Assembly: GCA_963708075.1 (NCBI GenBank)
Contig: OY970194.1
Coordinates: forward strand, 3,104,001-3,168,000
DNA length: 64,000 nucleotides
Direction: 5' to 3'
From: Sedimentisphaerales bacterium
GTDB taxonomy: Bacteria > Planctomycetota > Phycisphaerae > Sedimentisphaerales > Anaerobacaceae
Position 1 is the stretch's first letter. Every line of letters starts with the position of its first letter. The position numbers and the translations under genes were made by a program. Of the stretch, positions 19,052 through 30,319 are shown piece by piece. The notes under the pieces are model-generated. The model was given only the letters and a program-made list of their open reading frames with translations. It was not told the DNA's origin and ran no database searches.

Positions 19052-22000
19052 CTAAGTGCCCGGCTTAAGCACGCGGATATCATCGATGAACAGCATTCCG
19101 GTGCCGCCCGGCGTGGCAGCGTTACGATCGCCCACCCCGATGGACATCTTCTTGATCGCTCCGAGGTTTATGCCCTTGAACTCGGTCAGCGGGATCTTCC
19201 ACTGGGTCCACTGGGTGCTCAGGACGAGGTTCGTGTCGGGACTGGACACGACGGCGGTCTTCCCGGCGGCATCCTGCAGCGCGATGTGCATCGTTGCGGG
19301 GTCGTTGCCCGGATGGTCATAGCCGATCTCAGCGACCTGCCAGCCGCCGGTGGCTCCGGTGACCTGGACGTTGGAGAAGACGGCTGTCGTGACGGCGTTG
19401 CGATTGGTAGCCGTCACGGCCAGACCGATGTAGATGTCGCCCAGCATCGGAACGTCCTTCACCGAGGTCGTTCCATCCGCGGTCGTGATCTTGGTCCAGG
19501 TGACTCCATCGGCCGAATACTCCCCGGTGAAGGTATTGCCCTTGCGGGTCAGACGGATCCAGTACGGCAGAGGTGTGGAGCCCGCAGCGGTCGCGAATTG
19601 CGTAGTGTTCAGGCCGGCATCTGTGCGATACATGAACTCGACGAGGTTCGCCGGCGTGGCAATCATGTGCACCTGCGGGGCAGCCGGCGTCAGACCCGAC
19701 CGGATGATCACGCCGGCCTTGGCCCACGCGGCGGTGTTCACGAGGCTCTCGACCCGAACCGTGAGCGAGCCGTCGCCGCTGAGACGCTTATACGCATAGC
19801 GGAACTCGTCCGTGACGTTGACGATATCCGCGCCACTGGCGCTCATGGTGATGTTGCCCGGCGAGGTCTCCATGAAGCTGACGGGGTAACCGCGCACCTG
19901 CAAGCTCAGATCGGTCACGTCGTTGACCTTCCAGTTCTGAGTCGAAATCCAGGTCCGGTCGGTTCTCGGAGCGGTACGGCTGGTGAATGTTGTTGTAATC
20001 GAATGGCATCGACTGCAGGCTGCCGCCTGGATTGACGATCGTGGTTTCCATGATCGTCGTGTACAGCGTGCCGGTAGCCCAGATGTCATGTCCGATCGTT
20101 GAGCCGGTCTGGTTGCCCGGGTTGTCGGTGGTGAAGAAGTCATCCGCCGAGAAGCCCCAGCCATCGATCCAGGTCTGGAACACGCGGTTCGGTGAGTCGT
20201 TGGTGTAGCTTTCGAAGTTATCGACGACGAGGAAGTTGGCGGTCGTGAAGCTCCAGACGGAGCCCTTCCACGGGCTGTCCGCCTCGGCGGGATTGATCTC
20301 ATCCACACGCCAGTAGTAAGTCGTGTTCCATGCCAGCGCGCCGGGCGAGAACGTAGTTACGTCCTTTGCCTGGTTGCCCTGATAGATGGCGGCATCCGCC
20401 GGTGTAGCTGCCGCAACGGCCACTGCATCGGTGCCCAGGTACACATCATGCGAGGCCGCCTTCTCGCCGGCCGACCACGTCAGGGTTATGTCCTGAGGGA
20501 CATTGACGTCCTTGCTCCTGGGGTAAATCGCTCTGGCCCGGACCGGCGGCTGCAGTGCTCCTGTCGGGATGATCTGGCGGGCCAAACTCGGCGTCTGCCA
20601 GGACAACTGAGCCACCGCGCCGCCTGTATACTCATAGTACTCCATCGACAACGGATAGATGCCCGGCTCGAGTTGTTGCGGCTTGCTGGCATGGTCCGTC
20701 GTACCCTGATCGATCCAGCTATCGACGATCAGGTCGTCGCCAATCCAGAGGCGTGCGCCGTCGTCGCTGGTGGTGATGAACGTGTACGCATCGGCCACCG
20801 CGATCTCCAAATCGGCCGTCCAGCGGACGGAGAAGTGGTCGATCCCGATAGCCGCATCCGGGGCAGCCTCGCCCCAGGTGAAGTCGATCGACGGATCCGT
20901 CCGCGTCAGGGCCACTACTCCGACGACATTCCTGCTGGTGTTGGCGAAGTACTCGCCCTTCGCCCCGCCGGCCCCTCCGGCGGTCGTAAAGCTCCAGACC
21001 TCGCCCGGAAATGTGTCCGTGCTGTATTCATCCACGGCCCAGTAGTAGGTGGTCTGCGGCGCCAGTGTGCCGAGCTCGAATCGCGTTTCGTACAGTATAC
21101 CCTTCGAGACGCCGCCATCCCGTGCAGCCACCAGTGCCTTATCCGTGCCGAAGTACAACGTACGCTGGCTCGCGTTCATGCCCGGCTGCCAACTCAGATC
21201 GGCGTTCGGATCGATCCACTTGTCGCCGTTGCGAGGGCTGGGGGCAAAGGCCGCCAGGGGCGCCATCGTGAACGTCCACAGGTCACCCGCACGCACGGTG
21301 CCATTGGCCTCGACTTCATCCACACGCCAGTAATACGTCGTGCCTGCCAGCAGAGAGCCGAACGGAGGCATATAGAACGGCATCGCCGCGGACGCAGGCA
21401 CAGTCGCGGCCTTCGGCGGATTCGGATCGGTCCCCAAATACACGTTATGCCTGGCGACAGAGGTGCCGGCCTGCCACGTCACCATGGGCAGCGTGACACC
21501 GGTGGCGCCGTCCGGCGGATCCGGGGCGTATGCCTTCGCCCGAAACGCCAATTGCTTGATCTCCGCGGCCGTGAGGATGCTGTTGTAGACGCGGACCTCG
21601 TCGATCAGACCGATGTGCGTCTCGCCGGCCCACTGGTTGGCGCCGATCAGGAACGGTCCCGTGGGGGCATTCATGGCAGAGCTGGTCAGCCGTTCGCTCT
21701 CAACCCCGTTGATGTAGAAGATCAGCCCGTTCGACGTGCCTGGCTTGAACGTGACGGCCACATGCTGCCACGTCCCGATCTTCAGCGGCGATTTGGTGCC
21801 GGTGTGATCGAGAATGCCCGGCGTCGTGAACCGCAGGTTCGTGTCGAGGGTCTTGAGCGAATACCCCCCACTGCAGCCAACAAGGCCCCGGTTGCCGCTG
21901 AGAACCGCTCGGATTGATCCAACAGGCGATGGTGATCGGGCCGTTGATCAACAGCTTGGAGGGACTGCCACAGTCCACCCAGTCGCTGCCGCCCAGTTGA

Positions 22001-22194
22001 AGCGCTCCGCCGATCATGCCCGCCGCCCACTGCGGACTGCCCTGAAAAGTTCCATCGAGGGCATTTCCACTGGAGTCGTGAGCGACAGTCCCCGCCCCTT
22101 CATCGAACGCCCACCAGCCGATCAACTCGGCGGAGGCGACGGGGACAAACCCCAATGAGCAGGTGATAACGAGAGCAATCAGTCTTCTGTCCAT
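19052..22194 (-). CDS. Secreted modular protein, array member 4 (LamG + PA14); apparent frameshifts at ~21903 and ~19963
   Basis: Three ORF segments join into the same scaffold. PA14 motifs KGEYF, IDFTWG, FSVRW, SDDGARLWI, MEYYE. Ends IDDIRVLKPGT. Confidence 0.85.
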
Positions 22195-22373
22195 AGCCGT
22201 TCCCCTTCTCATAAAACAGACCCGACCTATTGAAGCTGCTTGCGTGAAAACGTCGCGGCGAGTGGCTCCGGTCCGGCTTGGACCAGAGCCACCTGCCGCT
22301 TGCCACCGTGGCGTACAAGACGCTCTCGCGCCCGTACAGCCACCTCATTCCAAAGACTTCGCCGCACTACCGG

Positions 22374-25300
22374 TTAAGGTTGCGCCGCCGGCTTGATCAC
22401 CCGGATGTCATCGATGTACAGCTTGCCGGTGCCGCCGGGCGCAGTAGCCTTGCGGTCGCCCACGCCGATGATCACCTTCTTCACCGTCCTGGGGTTCGCG
22501 CCGGTAAACTGACTGAGCGGGATCTGCCACTCGGTCCACGTGGTCGTCAGGACCGCATTGGGGTCCGGATGATTCACGATAACGACCTTGTTTGCGCTAT
22601 CCTGGATCGCCACGTACAGATTGGCGGCGGCGTTGGTCAGGTCCGGATCATCGCCGATCCACACCTGTTGCCACTCGCCGGTGACACCGCTCGTGGTGGC
22701 CGTATCGGAGAATTCCGCTGTCGTGGTTGCCGCCGCGTTGTGGCTGGTGACGCACAACCCAATGTAGACGTTGGACGCCATCGCAATAGTCTGGTCGGTG
22801 CCTGAGGCGGTCCAGGTCTTGCCGTCCGGAGAGGTCTCGGCCTTGAACGTATTGCCGGTGCGGGTCAGCCGGAGCCAGTACGGGGCTTTGGTTGTCCCGC
22901 CGGTCCAGGCTGCGCCCGAGGCCGCCTCACCGTCGGCCGCCGGACGGTACTCAAACGTGGTGCCATTGGCCGGGCTCACAGCCACGATAACGTACGTCGA
23001 GCCTGCATCCAGAGTCGCCCGGATCATAACGCCGGCCTTTGCATACCCATCGCTGTTCCCGATGCTCTCGACCTTGGCCGTGATCGAGCCATTGCCGCTG
23101 AGCCGCTTGTAGACGAAGCGGAAATCATCGGCGGTGCCATAGATATCGCCGCCGGAGGCGCTGACCGTGAAGGCGCTGTCGCCCTTATCGACGAACTTGA
23201 CGGGTTGGCCGCGGAACCACAAGCTCAGCGTATCCACGCCATTGAGTGTCAGGTCCTGGCCAACCGTCCACGTCCGGTCGGTTTCAGAGTAGTACGGCGT
23301 GTCGATGTTATTGTACTCGAAGGGCATGGACTGTCTGCCGCCGTGGACAATCGTACGCTCGGCAAACGGCGCATCGGTGTATCCGACCGTCGAACCGGTG
23401 TTATTGCCTTTGCCGCCCGGCTCGGGTGTGGTGTAGCCCCAGCCGTCGATCCAGGTCTGGAAGATGGCCTGGAGCTCGGTATTGTTGTCGGTGTAGCTCT
23501 CGAAGTCATCCATAATGAGATAGTCGGCGACAGTAAACGCCCAGACACGACCCTTGTGAATGGCCGTTGCGCTAACCCCGACCTCGTCGATGCGCCAGAA
23601 GTACGTGCCTCCACCGAACACGACAAGTCCGTCTAGCGAGTAGCTCGCATCCGCCTGTCGGCCCTTGTACTCGGGGGAGCTTGTGTCGGCGTCAGTGACA
23701 ACGCCGGCATCCCTCCCGAAGTAGACATCGTGCTGATCCGCCGCGTTGCCCGGCTGCCAGGCCAGAGCTACGGCTGCACGGACATCCACCGTGGAGCCGT
23801 CCGATGGCTGCGCACCCCACGCGAGTAACGGATCGCCACGCATCGCCTCCTTGATCTGTTCCTGCGTCAAGGCGGTGTTGTAGAGTCGCACGTCGTCAAT
23901 CATGCCGAGGAAGAAGTTGGCCTCGTCGGTCTTGCCGATCGTCAAAGGAGCGGTGCCGCCGGTCGGAACCGTGGCGCCCTGGCCCCCTTCGCCGGCCGGC
24001 TCGCCGTTGATATAGAAGATATCCTTGCCATCGACGACGACAGCGACATGGGCCCACTCATTCAGAGGCACCTGGCCGGTGCTGACCGGACCGATGTACG
24101 CGCCGGCGGGTCCTGAACTGAAGTGCAAGACTCCGCTGGCCTCGGTGAACAGGTTGTACAGACGGGGAGCCCCTCCTTTGGCGAAAACGCCCTGCCACTG
24201 ACTGCCGCCGGGACCGGTGTGCCTTTCGGCATTGATCCAGATCGACACGGTGGCTTTTCCCGAGGTCGGAATCAGGGTGTCGCTGTGGGGGACCTCCACG
24301 TAATCGCTGCTTCCGTTGAATTTCAGGGCGCCGCCATCATATCCGGTGACTCGCTGCGGGCCGCCCCGCAATGCCCCGTGGTTATTGTGGCCTGACCAAT
24401 CCACAACCGCCGGCCCGGACACCTCGTCCAGCTTCCACCAGCCGACAAGGTTCGGATCGGCGACGGGGATCAGAGGCAGCGTCCTGAAGCTCCAAACGTA
24501 ACCTGTCTCCCTGACGCCTGCGACGTCAATCCCATCGACCCGCCAGTAGTACGCAGTGTCGTTCGCGAGAGGACCGGGATCAAAGGTCAGCTCGTATAGC
24601 TCGCCTTTGGAGACGCCGGGAGCGCCGGCGGCAACGTCGTCGCGGCTCGTGCCGAAAAAGAGCTCATGGGAACTGGCCGTACTGCCGGGCGACCATGCGA
24701 GCTTGCTGTCAGGCATTATGAACCTGGCGCCATCCGCCGGACTCGGAGCGTATGACTTGACCGGAGCCGCTGTGAAGCTCCAGAGATCACCCTTGTATAC
24801 GTTCTGAGCAACATCGATCCCGTCGACCCGCCAGTAATACTTTTGTCCCGAGAGCAGGCCCGCTTGATGGACATAGAATCTCATTGAGGCAGGCTGACGC
24901 GAGGCAACGAGGTCGGCGTCGGTCAAGTCCGGGGTCGTCCCAAAATAGACGTTCTCAAACACAGCGGCGTCCCCCGGCGTCCACGTCAGAAATGCGAGAA
25001 TCACCCCGGTGGCGTCACTGACGGGACTGGGATTCTCCGCCTTGCCGAACACCGGAAGGGTTCCGCCCATGACACCCTTGATCTGGTCGGCCGTCAACGC
25101 ACGATCATACAGTAGCACGTCGTCGATCATGCCGGAGAAGAAGTCCGATCCGCCGGTCTGGCCAATGGTCAATGCAGCACTCCCGGTGGCCGGAACCGTG
25201 GCTCCCTGGCCTGCCTCACCCGCCGGCTCTCCATTGATGTAGTAGATGTGCCTGCCATCGACGGCCACGGCGACATGGACCCACTCGTTCAGAGGCACCT

Positions 25301-25751
25301 TGCCGGTGCTGAGCGATCCAATCGTGGCGGTCCCGGGGCCTGTACTGAAGTGCAACACCTGGCTGGCCTCGGTATACAGGTTGAACAGGCGAGGATCCCA
25401 GCTTCCTTTGGCAAAGATGCCTTGCCACTGGCTGCCGCCGGGACCGGTGTGCCTCCGGGCGTTGATCCAGAGGGACACAGTCGCCTTGCCCTTGGTCGGA
25501 ATCAGGCTGGCGCTGTGGGGAACCTCCACATAGTCATCGACGCCGTCAAAATCCAGGGCCTTTCCCAGCTTGCCGGTCACCCACGTGGGGGCGCCCACGA
25601 ATCTTCCGTTGTTATTCTTGCCTGAACTGTCCTTGACCGTGGTCCCCGAGCCCTCGTCGAGTTTCCAGTGCCCGATGAGCCCCGCCCAGGCACTGCTGGC
25701 CAGGCACAGCACGAGTACAACGCTGATTGGAAGTGTGAGCCTTCTCCACAT
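22374..25751 (-). CDS. Secreted modular protein, array member 5 (two closely related LamG domains)
   Basis: AAGGAG RBS before ATG 25751. HTGPGGSQWQG.FAKG occurs twice. Ends IDDIRVIKPAAQP. Confidence 0.9.
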   Translation of the reverse strand: MWRRLTLPISVVLVLCLASSAWAGLIGHWKLDEGSGTTVKDSSGKNNNGRFVGAPTWVTGKLGKALDFDGVDDYVEVPHSASLIPTKGKATVSLWINARRHTGPGGSQWQGIFAKGSWDPRLFNLYTEASQVLHFSTGPGTATIGSLSTGKVPLNEWVHVAVAVDGRHIYYINGEPAGEAGQGATVPATGSAALTIGQTGGSDFFSGMIDDVLLYDRALTADQIKGVMGGTLPVFGKAENPSPVSDATGVILAFLTWTPGDAAVFENVYFGTTPDLTDADLVASRQPASMRFYVHQAGLLSGQKYYWRVDGIDVAQNVYKGDLWSFTAAPVKSYAPSPADGARFIMPDSKLAWSPGSTASSHELFFGTSRDDVAAGAPGVSKGELYELTFDPGPLANDTAYYWRVDGIDVAGVRETGYVWSFRTLPLIPVADPNLVGWWKLDEVSGPAVVDWSGHNNHGALRGGPQRVTGYDGGALKFNGSSDYVEVPHSDTLIPTSGKATVSIWINAERHTGPGGSQWQGVFAKGGAPRLYNLFTEASGVLHFSSGPAGAYIGPVSTGQVPLNEWAHVAVVVDGKDIFYINGEPAGEGGQGATVPTGGTAPLTIGKTDEANFFLGMIDDVRLYNTALTQEQIKEAMRGDPLLAWGAQPSDGSTVDVRAAVALAWQPGNAADQHDVYFGRDAGVVTDADTSSPEYKGRQADASYSLDGLVVFGGGTYFWRIDEVGVSATAIHKGRVWAFTVADYLIMDDFESYTDNNTELQAIFQTWIDGWGYTTPEPGGKGNNTGSTVGYTDAPFAERTIVHGGRQSMPFEYNNIDTPYYSETDRTWTVGQDLTLNGVDTLSLWFRGQPVKFVDKGDSAFTVSASGGDIYGTADDFRFVYKRLSGNGSITAKVESIGNSDGYAKAGVMIRATLDAGSTYVIVAVSPANGTTFEYRPAADGEAASGAAWTGGTTKAPYWLRLTRTGNTFKAETSPDGKTWTASGTDQTIAMASNVYIGLCVTSHNAAATTTAEFSDTATTSGVTGEWQQVWIGDDPDLTNAAANLYVAIQDSANKVVIVNHPDPNAVLTTTWTEWQIPLSQFTGANPRTVKKVIIGVGDRKATAPGGTGKLYIDDIRVIKPAAQP

Positions 25752-26489
25752 ACCACGGTCTCCTTGGAACAAATTGTCCTGAGTCACCACGCACCAGCTA
25801 CATGGCTCGCGCGTCTCCGTCACGGATCACTCCCCGTGATGAGTTGACGGCCTCCCTGCTGCTCAGCCACCACCTTTCTCCCCGAATCCGGGGCAGAACC
25901 AGACTACACCCACGGAAACAATCCCCTGCCGATCGCTTGTGCCCACGGACCGATAGCGGTCCTCCCGGGGTGTGAAGTTATGAAATGAAACGGTGACACT
26001 TGACCGCACGCGAACACACCTCCTGCTCGCAGCAGGGATCATGCATTCGAGAGTACTGTGTGCCTCACGTTGTCCGGCGGGACTCAACAGCAAGCCACGA
26101 AGAGCCACCTGACCGTCGTCCACCGGCGGCGTTCCAAGCCTTATCGGCTTCTTCTACCCTTGCATTCAATCCACGGCTCCCGCGCAGAACCTCACCGGGG
26201 GCATCCACGCTCACGAGTGATCGACCCACTCCATATCCTGCACTCCGGGCGCCAGAAAACACAGGTGCCTGCGAACCGATGGGGAAACACCCACAGGTCC
26301 CATAAGGACCGATCCTATCACCCCTGGCGGGCGAGGTCAAGCAGATTCTGCTCTTTTTAGAGCCGTCTGCGGGGTGACATGCAATCCTGCAGTTGCATAA
26401 GACCACGAGGCAGGCTATTTTCTCATGGTGTGACAAACGCGACAGGTTTTCGCGCTGTGCGGCAATGTTGCGAATCCAGGAGAAATGCA

Positions 26490-28172
26490 ATGCTTGTACG
26501 TAATTGGCCAATGATCCTCATGCTCACGTTATCCGCAGCCCCGCATGCAGGAGCCAGACTTGTGCACGTGACCCAAAAGCCGCTCGCCGGCATACCCTCC
26601 GACAGCCAGGTGGGGACAATCGGCGAGGCCGTCGCGCAACTCCAGCCCGGCGACACCGTGTTGATCCACAGCGGCATCTATCGCGAGAGAGTCACCATCG
26701 ACAAGAGTGGCGACCCGAATAAGCCCATCGCCATCCGGGCCGCCGAGGGGGAACATATCATCCTCACCGGCGCTGACCGCATCACGGACTGGTCCCCCGT
26801 GCAAGGCGACGACCGAGTGTACACGACGCCCTGGCCGCACAAGTTCGTCGCGTGGAATAAGAGCCAGGCCCATCCCGACGACGACTACCACCGGCTTATC
26901 GGACGCTGCGAGCAGGTCTTCATCGACGGCTACCCGCTCCACCAGGTCCTCGACCGAGACAAGCTCAGTCGCGGCACGTTCTTCGCTGACACGGATGCCC
27001 GGCTTCTCTATGTCCAGCCCACTGGCAACCAGGACATCACCGGCGACAAGGCCTTGGTGGAGGCCTCCACTCGCGAGTGGATCCTTACCGTCAAAGGCAG
27101 CTACGTCACCATCAAGGGCATCCGTTTTCGCTATGCCGCCAACCATGCTCAACAAGGCGCCGTCGAGTTCTCCGGCAGTCACGTCATCGTGGAGGACTGC
27201 ATCTTCGAATACACCAACGCCAGCGGGGCCGAGTTCACGGGCCCGGACATCACAATCCGCAATTGCACCTTTCAGCACAACGGCCAACTAGGTTTCGGGG
27301 CCAACCACGCCCACCGGCTGCGGATGACAGGTTGCACCATTCGGGGCAACAGCACCAAGGGCTTCGATCGCGGCTGGGAGGCCGGCGGCAATAAGATCTG
27401 TATGACGCGCGGTGCCGTCCTGGAAGACAGCACCTTCATCGAGAACCGCGGCAACGGCATCTGGTTCGACATCGGCAACGAGGATTGCGAAGTCCGCAAC
27501 TGCCTGATCGCCCACAATGAGAACGCCGGCATTTTCTATGAGATTTCCTATGGCCTGCACGCTCACGACAACGTCATCATCGGCAACGGATTCGCCTTCA
27601 CTCCCGGGGCCTGGGGCGCCGCTGCCGGGATCAGCATCTCCAGCTCGCCCTTCTGCACCATCGAGCGAAACCTGATCCTCGGCAACAAGGAGGGCTTCAA
27701 CTTCCGCGAACAGGCGCGCACCACCCCGCGCATCGACGGCAAATCCGAGCCCGTCTGGAACCATGATGGGATCGTTCGCAGTAATGTCCTCGCCTGGAAC
27801 CGCGATGCCCAGGTCTGGGGCTGGTTCGACGTCCCCGACGAACGCCACTGGCCCAAGTCGATGCAGTCAGCTCCGCCGGCGGGCCTGTCACTCGAAGACC
27901 TGAAGCTGACGTTCAAGGGAAATCTGTACTGCCCCGGTCCCGGGCAGGACCTGTTCAACTGGGGCGTCACATGGAAGAAGAACAAGAGATACGAGGGTCT
28001 CGACGCCGTACAGCAAGAGTTATCCTTGGACGGGGGCAGCAAGGTCGCAGAATTACACTTGGAGGATTACTCCGCACTCGATCTGCGAGTCCCACCCGAC
28101 AGCACAGCGGTCATCATGGGCTGCTACCCGCAGGGGACTGTGCCGGGCGTGCGACTCGGAATCCTTCCGTGA
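26490..28172 (+). CDS. Secreted right-handed parallel beta-helix protein (pectin lyase-like fold)
   Basis: AGGAG RBS and signal peptide. Motifs TIGEAV..LQPGDTVLIHSGIYRE, repeated NC.I..N coils and GIWFD...GIFYEIS. Confidence 0.85.
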   Translation: MLVRNWPMILMLTLSAAPHAGARLVHVTQKPLAGIPSDSQVGTIGEAVAQLQPGDTVLIHSGIYRERVTIDKSGDPNKPIAIRAAEGEHIILTGADRITDWSPVQGDDRVYTTPWPHKFVAWNKSQAHPDDDYHRLIGRCEQVFIDGYPLHQVLDRDKLSRGTFFADTDARLLYVQPTGNQDITGDKALVEASTREWILTVKGSYVTIKGIRFRYAANHAQQGAVEFSGSHVIVEDCIFEYTNASGAEFTGPDITIRNCTFQHNGQLGFGANHAHRLRMTGCTIRGNSTKGFDRGWEAGGNKICMTRGAVLEDSTFIENRGNGIWFDIGNEDCEVRNCLIAHNENAGIFYEISYGLHAHDNVIIGNGFAFTPGAWGAAAGISISSSPFCTIERNLILGNKEGFNFREQARTTPRIDGKSEPVWNHDGIVRSNVLAWNRDAQVWGWFDVPDERHWPKSMQSAPPAGLSLEDLKLTFKGNLYCPGPGQDLFNWGVTWKKNKRYEGLDAVQQELSLDGGSKVAELHLEDYSALDLRVPPDSTAVIMGCYPQGTVPGVRLGILP

Positions 28173-28177
28173 CAGAA

Positions 28178-28198
28178 GGTGTGCATAGCACACCCTAC
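28178..28198 (-). repeat. GTAG-type REP palindrome
   Basis: The minus strand reads GTAG-GGTGTGC-TAT-GCACACC, between convergent genes. Confidence 0.65.
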
Positions 28199-28254
28199 CG
28201 CTAACGCCCGGAATGGTGAGCCATCGCAAGGCCTGCACAGTTCCGGCAGATAGG

Positions 28255-29615
28255 TCAATCGTGTCGCAGGGCGACGACGGGGTCGACTCGGGCGGCGCGG
28301 CGGGTGGGCAGGATGCCGGCGGCGAGGCTGACGAGGATGGAGAATGCGATGGCGCCAAGGCAGAGCCACCAGGGGAAGCTGAAGTACTCCATGTGTGGAG
28401 CGCCTGCCGGGACATTATCACGTTGACGATCGTGTTGATCACCACGCTGACGGCCCAGCCGAGGGTTAGGCCAAGCAGGCCGCCCAGCAGGCCAATCACG
28501 CCGGACTCGAACAAGAAGATCCGCTGCACGTCGCCGTCCGTGGCCCCTACTGCTTTCATGATGCCGATCTCGCGGTAACGCTCCAGGATGGACATGACCA
28601 TCGTGTTGACGATGCCGAGCGAGGCGACCGTGACACCGATCATGCCGACAGCGATCAAGAACATGTCCATGATCAGAAAGCCGATCCGCATCTGGTCCAA
28701 CTGGTCCATCAGGGCCCATGTCCTGAAGCCTCGGGACTCCAGTTCCTTCTTGACAAAGGCAACATCCTTCAGGGATTTGACCTTGACGGTGACCGAGGGG
28801 TAGTTCGCCACATCACCCGCGGGCCGGAAGAAATCCCAGATGCTTGTCAGGGACAGTTTTCGCATTCCGCCGGCCGCCTCGGGGGCAATATATACATCGC
28901 TCATGCCGCCGAAGGGCATCCGCTCGGCCACGCCCGCAATGGTGAAGCGGTAGCTCTCGCGAGCGATGGGCAGGGCTTGTCCGCCCGGCGAGAGGACCAT
29001 CCGCAGCAGGTTGCTAAGGCTGAGATCCAGCGACAATGTGGCAATCTCAATTTGCCGGCCAATGACCTTTGGCAGATCGCTGACATTCAACCGCTGCAGT
29101 AACGCGTCGCTGATGATTAATCCGTTGGGCTCATTCGTGTCGTAGCATCGCCCCGCACGCAGCGACATCGGTCCCGAGCGGCAAATGTCCGCCGACAAGA
29201 CCTGGACCAGCGTCAATTGTTCCTTGTCCCCCAGGCGAATCTGGGCCGGAAAACGCAACTCCGGAAACACAGTCTCCACCCCATCGATCTTCTCCACCTC
29301 CTCCAGGAATTCGCTGTCCAGGCGTGGCGCATTCGCGTCGGCAACTCCACCTTCTTCCGCCCGCCATCCCTCGTCGTCGGGATCCTGATGATGGCGCGGT
29401 TGACGAAGACCGCCGCGAGCGTACACGTTGATGTAGTTGAACAAGTCCAGCTTGTTGAACTGCTCGGTGACGTTCCTCTGGATGCCCTGGCCGAACGCGA
29501 ACATGGAGACCAGCGCCCCGATCCCGATCACGACGCCGGACGTCGTAAGGAACGTGCGCAGCTTCTTCTTTCGCAGATTGCCGCACGCCTGCTCGATGTA
29601 ATCCGCGACCCTCAT
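28255..29615 (-). CDS. ABC transporter permease (MacB/FtsX family); apparent frameshift near 28403
   Basis: LRTFLTTSGVVIGI and GIVNTMVMSILERYREIGIMKAVGA. The canonical end PTRRAARVDPVVALRHD lies in the shifted frame. Confidence 0.9.
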
Positions 29616-30319
29616 GGTTTCGGCCTCAGCGTCTCTCGGTCGATCACAGCCCCGTCCTGCAGGCGAATCATCTCGTGGGCGAACTGGCGCAGCAAATCCT
29701 GCTCATGGGAGATCATCACGATGGTCAAGCCTCGGCTCCTGTTCAGATCGGCCAACGTCTCGACAATCTGGCGGGCCGTCCTGCTGTCGAGGTTGCCCGT
29801 GGGCTCATCCGCCAGAAGAATCTGCGGCTGGTTGACCAGGGCCCTGGCAATCGCCACCCGCTGCTGCTCCCCGCCCGATAGCTCCGTCGGCCGGTGGTCC
29901 CTGCGGGCTTCCAGGCCCACTGTATCCAGCAGTCCTGCGGCACGATGCAGCCGCTCCTTTTTGGCCACACCTGCAAACAGCAGCGGCAGGGCTACGTTCT
30001 CGATGGCGGTGTAGGCGTTCACCAGGTTGAACGACTGAAAGATCATGCCGACCGTGTTGCGGCGATATAGAGCGAGCTCCTTCTTGCTCAAGTCCGAGAT
30101 CAGCCTGCTGGCGACGCAAATGCTCCCCGAGGACGGGGTGTCCAGGCCGCCCAGCAGGTTCATCAAGGTGGATTTGCCCGAGCCGGAGGCGCCGGCAATG
30201 CCGACGAGCTGCCCGCGAGCGATTGACAGAGTCACGCCGCGCAGGGCCGCCACTTCGACGGCCCCGGTGGTGTACGCCTTCGTCAAGTCCTTCGTCTCGA
30301 TGAAACCGTCAGCGTCCAT
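29612..30319 (-). CDS. ABC transporter ATP-binding protein (LolD/MacB-like)
   Basis: Walker A GASGSGKST, signature LSGGEQQRVAIARAL, LLADEPTGNLD. Confidence 0.95.
   Translation of the reverse strand: MDADGFIETKDLTKAYTTGAVEVAALRGVTLSIARGQLVGIAGASGSGKSTLMNLLGGLDTPSSGSICVASRLISDLSKKELALYRRNTVGMIFQSFNLVNAYTAIENVALPLLFAGVAKKERLHRAAGLLDTVGLEARRDHRPTELSGGEQQRVAIARALVNQPQILLADEPTGNLDSRTARQIVETLADLNRSRGLTIVMISHEQDLLRQFAHEMIRLQDGAVIDRETLRPKP

Noticed and set aside
8470..25751. Diversity-generating retroelement or shufflon acting on the LamG array
   Set aside because: There is no reverse transcriptase or recombinase in the window. Paralog differences appear spread across all bases rather than adenine-specific, and no inverted cassettes or non-coding template copy were seen.
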